Virus record (IMG/VR): IMGVR_UViG_3300029244_000004
Direction: 5' to 3' (one strand)
Length of the DNA stretch: 44,979 nt
DNA from: a virus
A program made the translations under genes and the position numbers. Each line of letters begins with the position of its first letter. Position 1 is the stretch's first letter. Positions 33,013 to 40,556 of the stretch are shown piece by piece. The notes under the pieces were generated by a model. It was not told where the DNA came from, searched no databases, and worked only from the letters and a program-made list of their open reading frames with translations.

Positions 33013-33059
33013 TATCTTGCCACAGATAATAAATACAGCCGTCCGTACTTCATGTGACT

Positions 33060-33088
33060 ATAATATTACTGTTCGCTGTAAAAGTCAA
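33060..33088 (-). promoter_or_regulatory. leftward early promoter candidate (towards cro)
   Basis: Minus strand: TTGACT, 17 nt, TATTAT. It is flanked by the inverted 8-mers CCGTACTT (33043-50) and AAGTACGG (33094-101). Confidence 0.5.
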
Positions 33089-33144
33089 GTAAAAAGTACG
33101 GTCATCTGTAATTTTGCCTTTTTGCACAAATGCCGGGAGGAATT

Positions 33145-33519
33145 ATGGAAGATTTGTACAAGCATATAGAAGGACTTGGAAGGGAACACGGTTATAAGAA
33201 CATGACTGTTCTCTGTAAGGCTGCCGGGGTTCCCCGTTCCACGATGTCGGAATTAAATAATGGGAGAAGCAAAGACCTTTCCAAACCAAACGCCCAAAAA
33301 TTCGCAGATATTCTGGGAATTACTCTGGATGAGGTATATGGAGAAGAAACAAAAAAAGCGCCCACCCAAGAGGATGAGCGCGAGATAACTTTTGATGATT
33401 TTACTTTTGCGATGCAAAACGAAAGCAAAGACTTGACCGAGGCAGATAAGCAAATCCTTCTATCAATGGCAAAACAGCTTAATGATGCAAGGAAGAAGAG
33501 AAATGGAGAATCTAAATAG
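33145..33519 (+). CDS. CI-like XRE-family repressor
   Basis: HTH: ..MTVLCKAAGVPRSTMSELNNGRSK.. The gene is followed by ImmA. The start may be 33130 or 33145. Confidence 0.75.
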   Translation: MEDLYKHIEGLGREHGYKNMTVLCKAAGVPRSTMSELNNGRSKDLSKPNAQKFADILGITLDEVYGEETKKAPTQEDEREITFDDFTFAMQNESKDLTEADKQILLSMAKQLNDARKKRNGESK

Positions 33520-33952
33520 CCTATATAAATGGTTAGACCTAGAGGGAGTCTTTGTATTTGATAGGAGGCTCCCGTTCAGCAAAAAGGATTCTAAAGCGAC
33601 CACTCTAAAGCTAAAGCCTCCTTATGAAACTTGGGGCATATTTCTTGACAAGAAAAGGTTGAAAACAAAGGCAGAGGAAAAATCCGCTGTGCTTCATGAG
33701 TGTGGGCACTATGCAACGGGAGCCACCCATGAAGTAAACAGTCCGTTCGATCTTGTTGCGAAGCATGAATACAAAGCAGACAAATGGGCTGTCGAACGGG
33801 CGCTGTCAGTCGATGAACTAGACGATGCTGTGGCAGAAGGTCATACAGAAATTTGGGATCTAGCTGAGTATTTTGGAGTAACTGAGGACTTCATGCGAAA
33901 GGCCGTCTGTTGGTATACCTACGGGAATTTGGCGACGGAGTTGTATTTTTAG
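33503..33952 (+). CDS. ImmA/IrrE-family metallopeptidase
   Basis: HECGH zinc motif. The gene is paired with the XRE repressor. Confidence 0.75.
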   Translation: MENLNSLYKWLDLEGVFVFDRRLPFSKKDSKATTLKLKPPYETWGIFLDKKRLKTKAEEKSAVLHECGHYATGATHEVNSPFDLVAKHEYKADKWAVERALSVDELDDAVAEGHTEIWDLAEYFGVTEDFMRKAVCWYTYGNLATELYF

Positions 33953-33977
33953 GTATAAGAGCAAGGGAGAGTTCCTC

Positions 33978-34235
33978 GTGAAAAATATTCTCGGTCGTTT
34001 TCGTTCTTATTTGCATGAAACGAAAGAGTTAAATCGGATATATTATGAGCAAGAAGCTTTTAGTGATGACATAAAAGAAATACAACAAGATAAAGAAAGA
34101 ACATCAGAGATTGAAAAATACGGAAAAGAAAGAACTTTTTTAATTTCAAAAATTAATACTTTAGGGCAGGATAGAAAGCTGTTTACTTTATACGATTGTA
34201 GTTGGCATTTTACAGACTATGCAGATTTTTCTTAA
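33978..34235 (+). CDS. hypothetical protein (85 aa, AT-rich)
   Basis: GGGAGAG lies before GTG 33978. Confidence 0.5.
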   Translation: MKNILGRFRSYLHETKELNRIYYEQEAFSDDIKEIQQDKERTSEIEKYGKERTFLISKINTLGQDRKLFTLYDCSWHFTDYADFS

Positions 34236-34398
34236 AAAATAAAAGCCCCCGGTGCTACCAACACCGAGGGCGGGCCGTAGATGCTACCAACATCAACGGG
34301 AAGCAAAGCACCCCAAACCGATAAATCCAAGGCACCTTTGCGCCCTTTTATTGTATCATACTGGGACCACGGGTGCAACCATAAAAAGGAGGAGCACC

Positions 34399-35448
34399 AT
34401 GAAGCGAGCAAATGGGACCGGAACTGTGGTCAAACTATCCGGTAACCGGAGCCGTCCATACTGTGTCAGAATATCCCAGCGAGATAAGCGTGGATATGTA
34501 ATCCAAACAGCCGTCAGTTACCATGCGAAGGCCGCCGAGGCACAGGCCGCCTTGGATGAATTAGTCAAGAAAATCCAAGCTGGGAATCATATCAGCGCCG
34601 ATACAATCAATACGACATGGGGGCAGGCTTATGAGATATGGTCCGCTCGAAAGTACAGGATAGCTGGACCTGCCTCCGTGGCATCCTATAAAGCCTCCTG
34701 GAGCCGTGTAGGGGCTCTAGCTGACCGGAAGGCCAGGAGTATTACTATTGATGATCTCCAGGCTATCATTGACCAGGATGCGGCGGATGGTATGTCTAGC
34801 TCGTCCATTAATAACGACTGCATCCTTATCAAAGCTCTGTTTAAATTTTTAATGGAACGTGACATTGTTGCGAAGGACTACTCCGCTTTTATTCAGGTCC
34901 CGAAGGTCGGTCCGAAGCATACCAAAGGTGCCTTTGACGACCTACAGATGGCAAGACTGGAGAAGTTGGCTAAAGAAGGATTCCCATGGGCTGACACGGT
35001 GCTCATGCTCTGCTATACCGGCCTCCGCATCAACGAGTTTTTGTCCCTCACTCCATTCAACTTTGATCCAGACACAGGATGCTTAACTGGCGGCAGCAAA
35101 ACTGAAGCTGGGAAGGGTAGGACCGTTCCTGTTCATCCAAAAATCCGCTCATACTTTGACCGCTGGATGGCAGATCAGGCAGATACTATTATCCATCAGG
35201 ACGGAAATCCCATATCAGACAGGTGGTATCGAGCATCAGCATTCAAAGGTGTCATGGACGCTCTAGGTGTAACTGGTGCTACACCACACTGGTGCCGCCA
35301 CACTTTCGTAACCAGAGCTAAGATAGCTGGGGTGGATGAGATGGCCCTAAAGTTCATTGTTGGGCACTCGCAACGTGGCAATATCACCGCACAATACACC
35401 CACCCAGATCCCTCCTGGCTTGCCACCGAGATGGCAAAAATCGCATAA
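34399..35448 (+). CDS. int: tyrosine integrase
   Basis: AGGAGGAG lies before ATG 34399. Catalytic-core pattern: ..LCYTGLRINEF..., HWCRHTF, GHS...YTH. Confidence 0.85.
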   Translation: MKRANGTGTVVKLSGNRSRPYCVRISQRDKRGYVIQTAVSYHAKAAEAQAALDELVKKIQAGNHISADTINTTWGQAYEIWSARKYRIAGPASVASYKASWSRVGALADRKARSITIDDLQAIIDQDAADGMSSSSINNDCILIKALFKFLMERDIVAKDYSAFIQVPKVGPKHTKGAFDDLQMARLEKLAKEGFPWADTVLMLCYTGLRINEFLSLTPFNFDPDTGCLTGGSKTEAGKGRTVPVHPKIRSYFDRWMADQADTIIHQDGNPISDRWYRASAFKGVMDALGVTGATPHWCRHTFVTRAKIAGVDEMALKFIVGHSQRGNITAQYTHPDPSWLATEMAKIA

Positions 35449-35471
35449 AAAATAATCACCAAAAACCAGGC

Positions 35472-35503
35472 GTTAGTAACGGGTTAGTAACACGGTTAGT
35501 AAC
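35472..35503 (+). repeat. three tandem GTTAGTAAC arm-type sites (a fourth copy at 35675-35683)
   Basis: Read directly at 35472, 35483 and 35495. The sites start 24 nt after the int stop. Confidence 0.7.
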
Positions 35504-35511
35504 AAAAGTCA

Positions 35512-35544
35512 GGAAAGTGCTGGTATATCAGCACTTTCCTTTTT
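35512..35544 (+). terminator. int terminator
   Basis: GGAAAGTGCTG-gtatat-CAGCACTTTCC followed by TTTTT. Confidence 0.85.
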
Positions 35545-35545
35545 C

Positions 35546-35572
35546 AAAAATTTAAGAAGTTCTTAAATTTTT
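35546..35572. promoter_or_regulatory. perfect 13-bp-arm palindrome AAAAATTTAAGAA-g-TTCTTAAATTTTT (attP core / binding site candidate)
   Basis: Read directly. It lies between the arm-type repeats. Confidence 0.45.
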
Positions 35573-35686
35573 AATCGATTATCTTCATATATCGAGAGCA
35601 AAAGTTATCTTCCAGTTTATAAATTCTCATTTTAGTCAACTTTTTTTGCCACATCATATCACACAAAATCTTGCGTTAGTAACAAA

Positions 35687-35711
35687 TCCGCCCTCCTTTT
35701 GGGAAGGCGGA
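35687..35711 (-). terminator. terminator after the last cargo gene
   Basis: Minus-strand RNA: UCCGCCUUCC-caaaa-GGAGGGCGGA followed by UUUGUU. Confidence 0.6.
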
Positions 35712-35716
35712 CTAGT

Positions 35717-36064
35717 TTAGAGGGCCCGAATTTTCCGCATAACACCTTCGTAGACACGTGGGTTTACTGTGTGGAGCGTGTCCATCAGGTCATCCATGAT
35801 GGACCACGCCGCTCTCTGATCTCTGCCATACACGCTACGCAAAAAATCGCTGTCCCCGTAGTCATCAACTACCGAGTATTCCTCAGAAACTGCCGGTGCG
35901 GCGGAGTAAGATGTCTCATAGGTCGCCGGACGTTCCTGCCGGTCCATGCGGTCCCGAATGGTATACAGGTTGGCCAGCTTTGCGTAGGCCGGGTAGCTGG
36001 ATTCTCCGTATTCCAGACGGGCAATCTCAATGTCTATCTCCTTGCGGTCAAGCATGGGGGACAC
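35717..36064 (-). CDS. hypothetical protein (115 aa)
   Basis: ORF with tight spacing to 36071..36493. No function was recognised. Confidence 0.6.
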   Translation of the reverse strand: MSPMLDRKEIDIEIARLEYGESSYPAYAKLANLYTIRDRMDRQERPATYETSYSAAPAVSEEYSVVDDYGDSDFLRSVYGRDQRAAWSIMDDLMDTLHTVNPRVYEGVMRKIRAL

Positions 36065-36070
36065 CCCCTA

Positions 36071-36493
36071 TCAGTCTCGGCCCAGCTCGCTCATAAAACG
36101 GCGGATTGCTTCACGCTCTCGGTCAGTGGTGGCATTTTCCATCATCTCACGGGCCTGCTCTATCATAGCCTCCTTGGCATCGTGGCGGCTATACCCTCCA
36201 TCTCTGCTATAGTCACCACGGTTGCTATAACCGTCCCGGCTATAGTGTCCTCGGACATAGTGCTTACCACGGTTAGCATAGCTGGAGCCACGATTATAGG
36301 AGCCTCGTCCCTCCCAGTCGCCCGCCTCAGAGTAGCCGCCGTCCTCCTCCAGAGCGCAGATTTTATCGATGTTCTTGATGGTATCAGTCAGTTTGTGGAC
36401 GGTCTCCAGATCACCGGCAGACATTTCGGGCTTGCGGGCAATCTCGTCCAGTTCGTCCTGGAGCTTATCCTTCAGGTCATATAGTGCTTTCAT
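36071..36493 (-). CDS. hypothetical protein with central Y/S/R/G/D-rich repeats
   Basis: Helical ends flank GSYNRGSSYANRGKHYVRGHYSRDGYSNRGDYSRDGGYSRHD. Confidence 0.6.
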   Translation of the reverse strand: MKALYDLKDKLQDELDEIARKPEMSAGDLETVHKLTDTIKNIDKICALEEDGGYSEAGDWEGRGSYNRGSSYANRGKHYVRGHYSRDGYSNRGDYSRDGGYSRHDAKEAMIEQAREMMENATTDREREAIRRFMSELGRD

Positions 36494-36507
36494 AGTATCC
36501 TCTCCTT

Positions 36508-36948
36508 TCAGGCTACACGCTCAACAATAAAGTTACTGTTGGCTACTAGAATAGGCTGTGTACTGGTGTTTTTTGCGGCAACAGTGACACAGCAGCCACG
36601 GGGGACATCTACCACAGCGGAGACATAGATATTAAAGAAATTCTCCACAGCGGCAGGGGTAACAGTAGCGGTAGATGCGGTCAATGCCTCGCCATTGATG
36701 GAGATTGCCGCAGTGATGGCCTCCACGGTCCCACCGTCAGGGATGGCGATATTCGCGCCAAAGGACACTTTGAACTTTGCTCTGCACTGGTTAGTAAGCC
36801 CACGAAGCGTCACCAGTCCAGCCCCCTCCCGGTGTACGATGCAGGGCTTGCTCGTGTTGGCCTCCTCGGTAAAGGGCACGTTTTGACCAGCGGCAACGGT
36901 TACGATTGCGCTATTTGTGTACTCGGCCAAAAAAATCATTCCTTTCAA
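36508..36948 (-). CDS. C1q/TNF-like (BclA C-terminal-like) beta-sandwich protein; start uncertain
   Basis: ..AEYTNSAIVTVAAGQNVPF...LVTLRGL..KFKVSFGANIA....ISINGE........VAAKNTS.QPILV.NSNFIVERVA resembles exosporium BclA-C-type domains. The track start is TTG and the RBS is poor. Confidence 0.5.
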   Translation of the reverse strand: MKGMIFLAEYTNSAIVTVAAGQNVPFTEEANTSKPCIVHREGAGLVTLRGLTNQCRAKFKVSFGANIAIPDGGTVEAITAAISINGEALTASTATVTPAAVENFFNIYVSAVVDVPRGCCVTVAAKNTSTQPILVANSNFIVERVA

Positions 36949-37043
36949 AAAGATTAGCGGCGAGGCTATTGCCCCGCCGCATAGTTCAAAATCGGCACGG
37001 GGCCGAACAGTCCGAATTTATCGGACAGTTGAGGTATTGGGTT

Positions 37044-37802
37044 TTAGCAGCCGCCGCCACAGGGATTACACCCACAACCGGCATAAGGGTTGGGCACCTG
37101 ATAGGCCGGCACGGGCATGGGATTGATGCGCCGGATCAGTTCAGCGGTCTGGGCCTCCTGATTGGCGGTGAAGAAAGCATTCTGCGCCGCTTGGGAAGCC
37201 TGGAACTTCAGGCTCTGGTTTTCAGCCGTCAGAGTAGCGATCTTGTCCTGAGTCAAAAAGTCCAGGATCGCACGGCTGTTGGCGTTCTGGTTGTCGATGA
37301 TGTCCCGAGTGCTGTTCTGGATGGTATTCCGGGTATCGCAAGCCTGGGTAGCCATGTCGTAACGAACGCCCTGGATTGCCGCCTGGGTAGCCGCACCCTG
37401 GGTGGACAGGTTATAATTCACGCCGTCCACTGCCCGCTGGGTCTGGCAGCAGCAGTCCTGGAGCTGATAGCCCAGATTGCAGATAGCATTATCCACACCA
37501 TGGAAGCCGTTGGTTACGGCGGAGAGGATACCGCTCTGGCCGGTCTGGAGACCGTTCAGCGCAAAGCCCTCGTTGATGTCGGCTCTAGTAGCCCAGCCCT
37601 GACCGGAGGGAGAGCCCAGGCCATTGCCGGAGTTACCACCCCAGCCGCCGCCATAGCCGCCCCAACCGAACATACCGAAGATCAAGAACAGAATAATCCA
37701 GGAGGCCCAATCGCCTCCCCAGCCGCCGAAACCGCCATTCCCGCCCTGATAGGCAGGCTGCACGGGCATGGTCATTACAGCGCCGTCAGAAGAAAGACTC
37801 AT
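37044..37802 (-). CDS. Gly/Trp-rich membrane-anchored protein with Cys-rich C-terminus
   Basis: GGNGGFGGWGGDWASWIILFLIFGMFGWGGYGGGWGG... then a Q/N/T-rich helical region, ending ...NPYAGCGCNPCGGGC. Confidence 0.6.
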   Translation of the reverse strand: MSLSSDGAVMTMPVQPAYQGGNGGFGGWGGDWASWIILFLIFGMFGWGGYGGGWGGNSGNGLGSPSGQGWATRADINEGFALNGLQTGQSGILSAVTNGFHGVDNAICNLGYQLQDCCCQTQRAVDGVNYNLSTQGAATQAAIQGVRYDMATQACDTRNTIQNSTRDIIDNQNANSRAILDFLTQDKIATLTAENQSLKFQASQAAQNAFFTANQEAQTAELIRRINPMPVPAYQVPNPYAGCGCNPCGGGC

Positions 37803-37860
37803 TGTGTTATCTCCTTTTTTGATTTATTTTCAAAACCGTGGCCACGGATTTTGATTGAAG

Positions 37861-38082
37861 TTATTTACCAAACATTCCCCTCATCCCCTCAAACATGCCT
37901 GACATCTGCTGGGCTTGTTTCTGGACCTGGTTAAGCTGATCTTGGGAAATGCGGCCAGATGACACCATCTCTTGTATCATGGCGTTGGGGTCCTTCCCCT
38001 TCATCTGGTTCATAAACTGCTGGAATTGCTGCATCATATTAGGCTGACGATTGCCGCCCATAGCGTTGAAAAACGGATTCAT
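37861..38082 (-). CDS. M/Q-rich small protein
   Basis: MNPFFNAMGGNRQPNMMQQFQQFMNQMKGK...QQMSGMFEGMRGMFGK. Confidence 0.55.
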   Translation of the reverse strand: MNPFFNAMGGNRQPNMMQQFQQFMNQMKGKDPNAMIQEMVSSGRISQDQLNQVQKQAQQMSGMFEGMRGMFGK

Positions 38083-38540
38083 TCAGCATCCTCCTTTACA
38101 GATTTCTTTTTTACAGGGGCCGTCTCTTTGGCGCTTAGAGCGTCCACACGGGCCGCAAGAGCGTCCAGGTCATCCTTGGTGGCATAGCGGATAGAAGGCT
38201 CCTGCGCTGGGGAAGTCCTTGTGGCATTGCTGCGTTCTACCAGATCATAAATTTTGATGCTGGGCTTTCCAGAGGCATCCGCCTGCTTGAGATAAATAGT
38301 GGGGCTGTTGCTGTCCCACAGAGCGACAGCAGAGTTAGGAGCCACCAGATACCCCATGGCCTCCTGCTCACCATTCACCCAAACCATGGACTGACCATTT
38401 TGCTGGGACTGTACGGGCGGCATTTGCGGTCCTTGCATGGGAGGTTGGAACTGCTGCCCACGGAGCTGGGCCAGTTGGTCCGGCATGGGTGGCTGGTAGT
38501 ACATGGGCTGATAGCCCGGATAGTAAGGTGTATAGGCCAT
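38079..38540 (-). CDS. P/Q/Y-rich N-terminus plus small beta-domain protein
   Basis: MAYTPYYPGYQPMYYQPPMPDQ...MVWVNGEQEAMGYLVAPNSAVALWDSNSPTIYLKQADASGKP. Confidence 0.6.
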   Translation of the reverse strand: MAYTPYYPGYQPMYYQPPMPDQLAQLRGQQFQPPMQGPQMPPVQSQQNGQSMVWVNGEQEAMGYLVAPNSAVALWDSNSPTIYLKQADASGKPSIKIYDLVERSNATRTSPAQEPSIRYATKDDLDALAARVDALSAKETAPVKKKSVKEDAE

Positions 38541-38546
38541 ATCACA

Positions 38547-38939
38547 TCATCCTTTCCAGTAGTACAAAACTTCCTTTTCTCCGGAATCCCAGGTGTCCAG
38601 AATTGTCCCATCGATAATACAGACCACATGGGAGTTCAGGCCGAGAAGGTACACATCGCTTCTATGGGTCCTGGCAAATTCGTTTACCGTTGTATGAGGT
38701 GGGGCCATTCTGCGCTCCAGACCATACCGGCTGAGATAGCTCCTCCACACCTCGTTGGAGCTTGGCATATCTTTCAGGAGATACCCTTCCAGACACAGGC
38801 CGATATAGGTAGTATCCCAGTCCTGGTCCAGTGCTGTGGAAATCGCTCTAACCGTGCAGTCCCCCACATTCCTGTTGTAAGGGTTTTCGTTGTGCCAGGA
38901 ATACCTCTCCGTTGTTCGCATGGCGGCTTTCCACCTCAT
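38547..38939 (-). CDS. putative papain-fold (Cys-His-Asp) protein
   Basis: NVGDCTVRAIS ... NSHVVCIIDG ... DTWDS, in the spacing expected for a Cys/His/Asp triad. No family was assigned. Confidence 0.45.
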   Translation of the reverse strand: MRWKAAMRTTERYSWHNENPYNRNVGDCTVRAISTALDQDWDTTYIGLCLEGYLLKDMPSSNEVWRSYLSRYGLERRMAPPHTTVNEFARTHRSDVYLLGLNSHVVCIIDGTILDTWDSGEKEVLYYWKG

Positions 38940-39051
38940 TCAGATACTTTTCCAAGCCATAATCATCCCCCTGCGCCTGAAACCACATAATGGTTTCCCT
39001 GGCGCAATCAGGCCGGATGCCAGCGGCAATCAATCTCTCTACCGGGGTCAT
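38848..39051 (-). CDS. hypothetical small protein (67 aa), overlaps the next gene by over 70 nt
   Basis: MTPVERLIAAGIRPDCARETIMWFQAQGDDYGLEKYLNEVE... The tail is of doubtful coding quality. Confidence 0.35.
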   Translation of the reverse strand: MTPVERLIAAGIRPDCARETIMWFQAQGDDYGLEKYLNEVESRHANNGEVFLAQRKPLQQECGGLHG

Positions 39052-39151
39052 ATATCACACGTCCTTTGTATAAAAATAAGGAGGGCCGTGAGGAGGACTG
39101 CGACGTGTACAGCCCTTGTTCCCCACGTCCTCCATGTCTATATTGTCGCAT

Positions 39152-39186
39152 AAAAATTCCCCGGCTGGGTACGGTCCCAGTCGGGG
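39152..39186 (-). terminator. hairpin plus U-run after the sigma-like gene
   Basis: CCCCGACUGGG-accgua-CCCAGCCGGGG (one mismatch on the minus strand) followed by AAUUUUUA. Confidence 0.55.
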
Positions 39187-39197
39187 TTGTGTACGTT

Positions 39198-39449
39198 TTA
39201 TGTACGGTTTGTGTAGAGCTTGGCGGATACATTTTTCACCCGTTCCAAAATATGTTTAAGGTGGTCTCCCACCGTGGCCCTGCGCCATCCCAGCTCCGCC
39301 GCAATATCCATTTGACACCATTTGTCAATAAGATATCGTCTGGCGATCAGTTCATCGTCCCGGTGGAGTGCGGCCTCGTGGATGGCCTCCTCCAGTTGAG
39401 AGCGCAAGAGCTTGTCAAGCGATTCCGGTAGCTTTACTCTTGCGCTCAT
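39198..39449 (-). CDS. sigma-70 region-4-like HTH protein
   Basis: 83 aa: ..DELIARRYLIDKWCQMDIAAELGWRRATVGDHLKHILERV.. Confidence 0.55.
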   Translation of the reverse strand: MSARVKLPESLDKLLRSQLEEAIHEAALHRDDELIARRYLIDKWCQMDIAAELGWRRATVGDHLKHILERVKNVSAKLYTNRT

Positions 39450-39465
39450 GCTCCACGTCCTTTCC

Positions 39466-40230
39466 TTACTTCAACGCCGCCGCCCTTGCCATGACGGCAC
39501 TCTCCTCACGAGTGACAAATGCCATAGGTCGGGTCCCATCTGTCAGGCCAAGCTCGTTGGCCTCTGCAAACAGCTTCGGCATACTGGCCGGCAGCTCCGC
39601 TCGCTCGGCCAGATAGCGGTCCATGTACTCCTTCCACTGCTCGTAGGTCACTTCTTGCTCACCTCTCATCTTCTGGGCTACATCCCCCCGGAAATCATCC
39701 ATGGTCTTGCCGAATTTGGGGAACCAATGGAGAACGTCGGAATGGTTGCTGGCTACGCCCCGCTGATAGCCCTCCTTATGGCAAATTACCACTCCGTCAG
39801 CCAACGGGTCCAGGTTATACTCCTTGCAGAGATAGGCTGTCAGCTCCACGGCCTCCTGGTACACCGCCTCAAAATAGCTGGCATCCTCCAGGCCGTCCTC
39901 GCAAATTTCAAAGGAGATATGGGTATCATTTGCACTGCCATTCTTCCCTCGGCCACAGTGCCAGCCACGGCGATTCCAAGGAAGGGTCTGCACCGTGCCA
40001 ACGCCTCCGTCGGCAAATTTTCCTACAAAGGCGTGGACGCACTTATTCAGTCCTGTCCTGTCCCAATCATTTGCGTACTGGTTCCGACCAATTACATCAT
40101 CTCCGGGCACATAGCGGGCCACAGAGGGGTTATTAGCCCCGGTCGAGTGTACCATTACCCCCTGTGGCCGGATGGTCCTCCCGGCCCTGTAACAGTCGTT
40201 TCTGGTCAAATACTGTTGTACGATCCTCAT
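39466..40230 (-). CDS. endolysin, N-acetylmuramoyl-L-alanine amidase (Amidase_2/PGRP type)
   Basis: GGAGGA lies before ATG 40230. The sequence contains ..GVMVHSTGANN...HAFVG...WHCG...ISFEICE.. followed by a short C-terminal wall-binding-like tail. Confidence 0.8.
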   Translation of the reverse strand: MRIVQQYLTRNDCYRAGRTIRPQGVMVHSTGANNPSVARYVPGDDVIGRNQYANDWDRTGLNKCVHAFVGKFADGGVGTVQTLPWNRRGWHCGRGKNGSANDTHISFEICEDGLEDASYFEAVYQEAVELTAYLCKEYNLDPLADGVVICHKEGYQRGVASNHSDVLHWFPKFGKTMDDFRGDVAQKMRGEQEVTYEQWKEYMDRYLAERAELPASMPKLFAEANELGLTDGTRPMAFVTREESAVMARAAALK

Positions 40231-40268
40231 GATATCCTCCAAGGACGGCAAAAGGCCGCCCCGTCTAC

Positions 40269-40296
40269 TTGACAAAGCGGCCTGATCTGATATAAT
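40269..40296 (+). promoter_or_regulatory. consensus sigma-70 promoter pointing away from the endolysin
   Basis: TTGACA (40269-74), 16 nt, TATAAT (40291-96). Confidence 0.65.
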
Positions 40297-40352
40297 AATG
40301 ACGAAGGGATGACTGCGACAAGCGGTTAGCCCAGATGCAAAGTTATAGTTTC

Positions 40353-40395
40353 AAAAAGAAACCGTCACCTGCCGGGGTGGCGGTTTCTGCTTTTC
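40353..40395. terminator. bidirectional intrinsic terminator
   Basis: GAAACCG-n-CACC...GGTG-n-CGGTTTC (40358-40387). AAAAA lies on the left, giving a U-run for the minus strand. TGCTTTTC lies on the right. Confidence 0.65.
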
Positions 40396-40442
40396 ACAAT
40401 GATCGTGACCGTGAACGGTCCGATATGTAATGTGATCCGCAT
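40365..40442 (-). CDS. 25-aa micro-ORF inside the small transcript (speculative)
   Basis: MRITLHIGPFTVTIIVKSRNRHPGR. The GGGGGTGAGG SD is sequestered in the CACCACCC/GGGGGTG hairpin. The stop codon lies inside the terminator stem. Confidence 0.25.
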   Translation of the reverse strand: MRITLHIGPFTVTIIVKSRNRHPGR

Positions 40443-40522
40443 GGCCTCACCCCCTCTCGGGTGGTGTGGCTAACCGCCTGCCGTTGTTGCAGTATCCCTC
40501 CGGTCCCTTGTGGGACAAAATC

Positions 40523-40551
40523 ATTCTATCAGAGGGTCCGCTTTCTGTCAA
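40523..40551 (-). promoter_or_regulatory. near-consensus sigma-70 promoter (minus)
   Basis: Minus strand: TTGACA, 17 nt, TAGAAT. Confidence 0.65.
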
Positions 40552-40556
40552 TTCTT

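Larger units (their letters stand above)
40353..40516 (-). ncRNA. about 165-nt promoter-to-terminator transcript (sRNA or micro-ORF mRNA) between the holin module and endolysin
   Basis: It is defined by the minus promoter at 40523-40551 and the terminator at 40358-40387. Internal hairpins: GUCCC-acaa-GGGAC, CACCACCC-gaga-GGGGGUG and GACCGU..ACGGUC. Confidence 0.45.

Noticed and set aside
36906-37934. 342-aa plus-strand ORF antisense to the Gly/Cys-rich cargo gene (and 35699..36484 likewise)
   Set aside because: Its composition is low-complexity with no RBS, and it is antisense to tightly packed minus-strand genes.
40303-40420. Riboswitch upstream of the endolysin
   Set aside because: I compared the region by eye with the c-di-GMP-I/II, SAM-I, TPP, glycine, ZTP, guanidine and fluoride consensus cores. 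No match was found, and the transcript terminates before a separate endolysin promoter.
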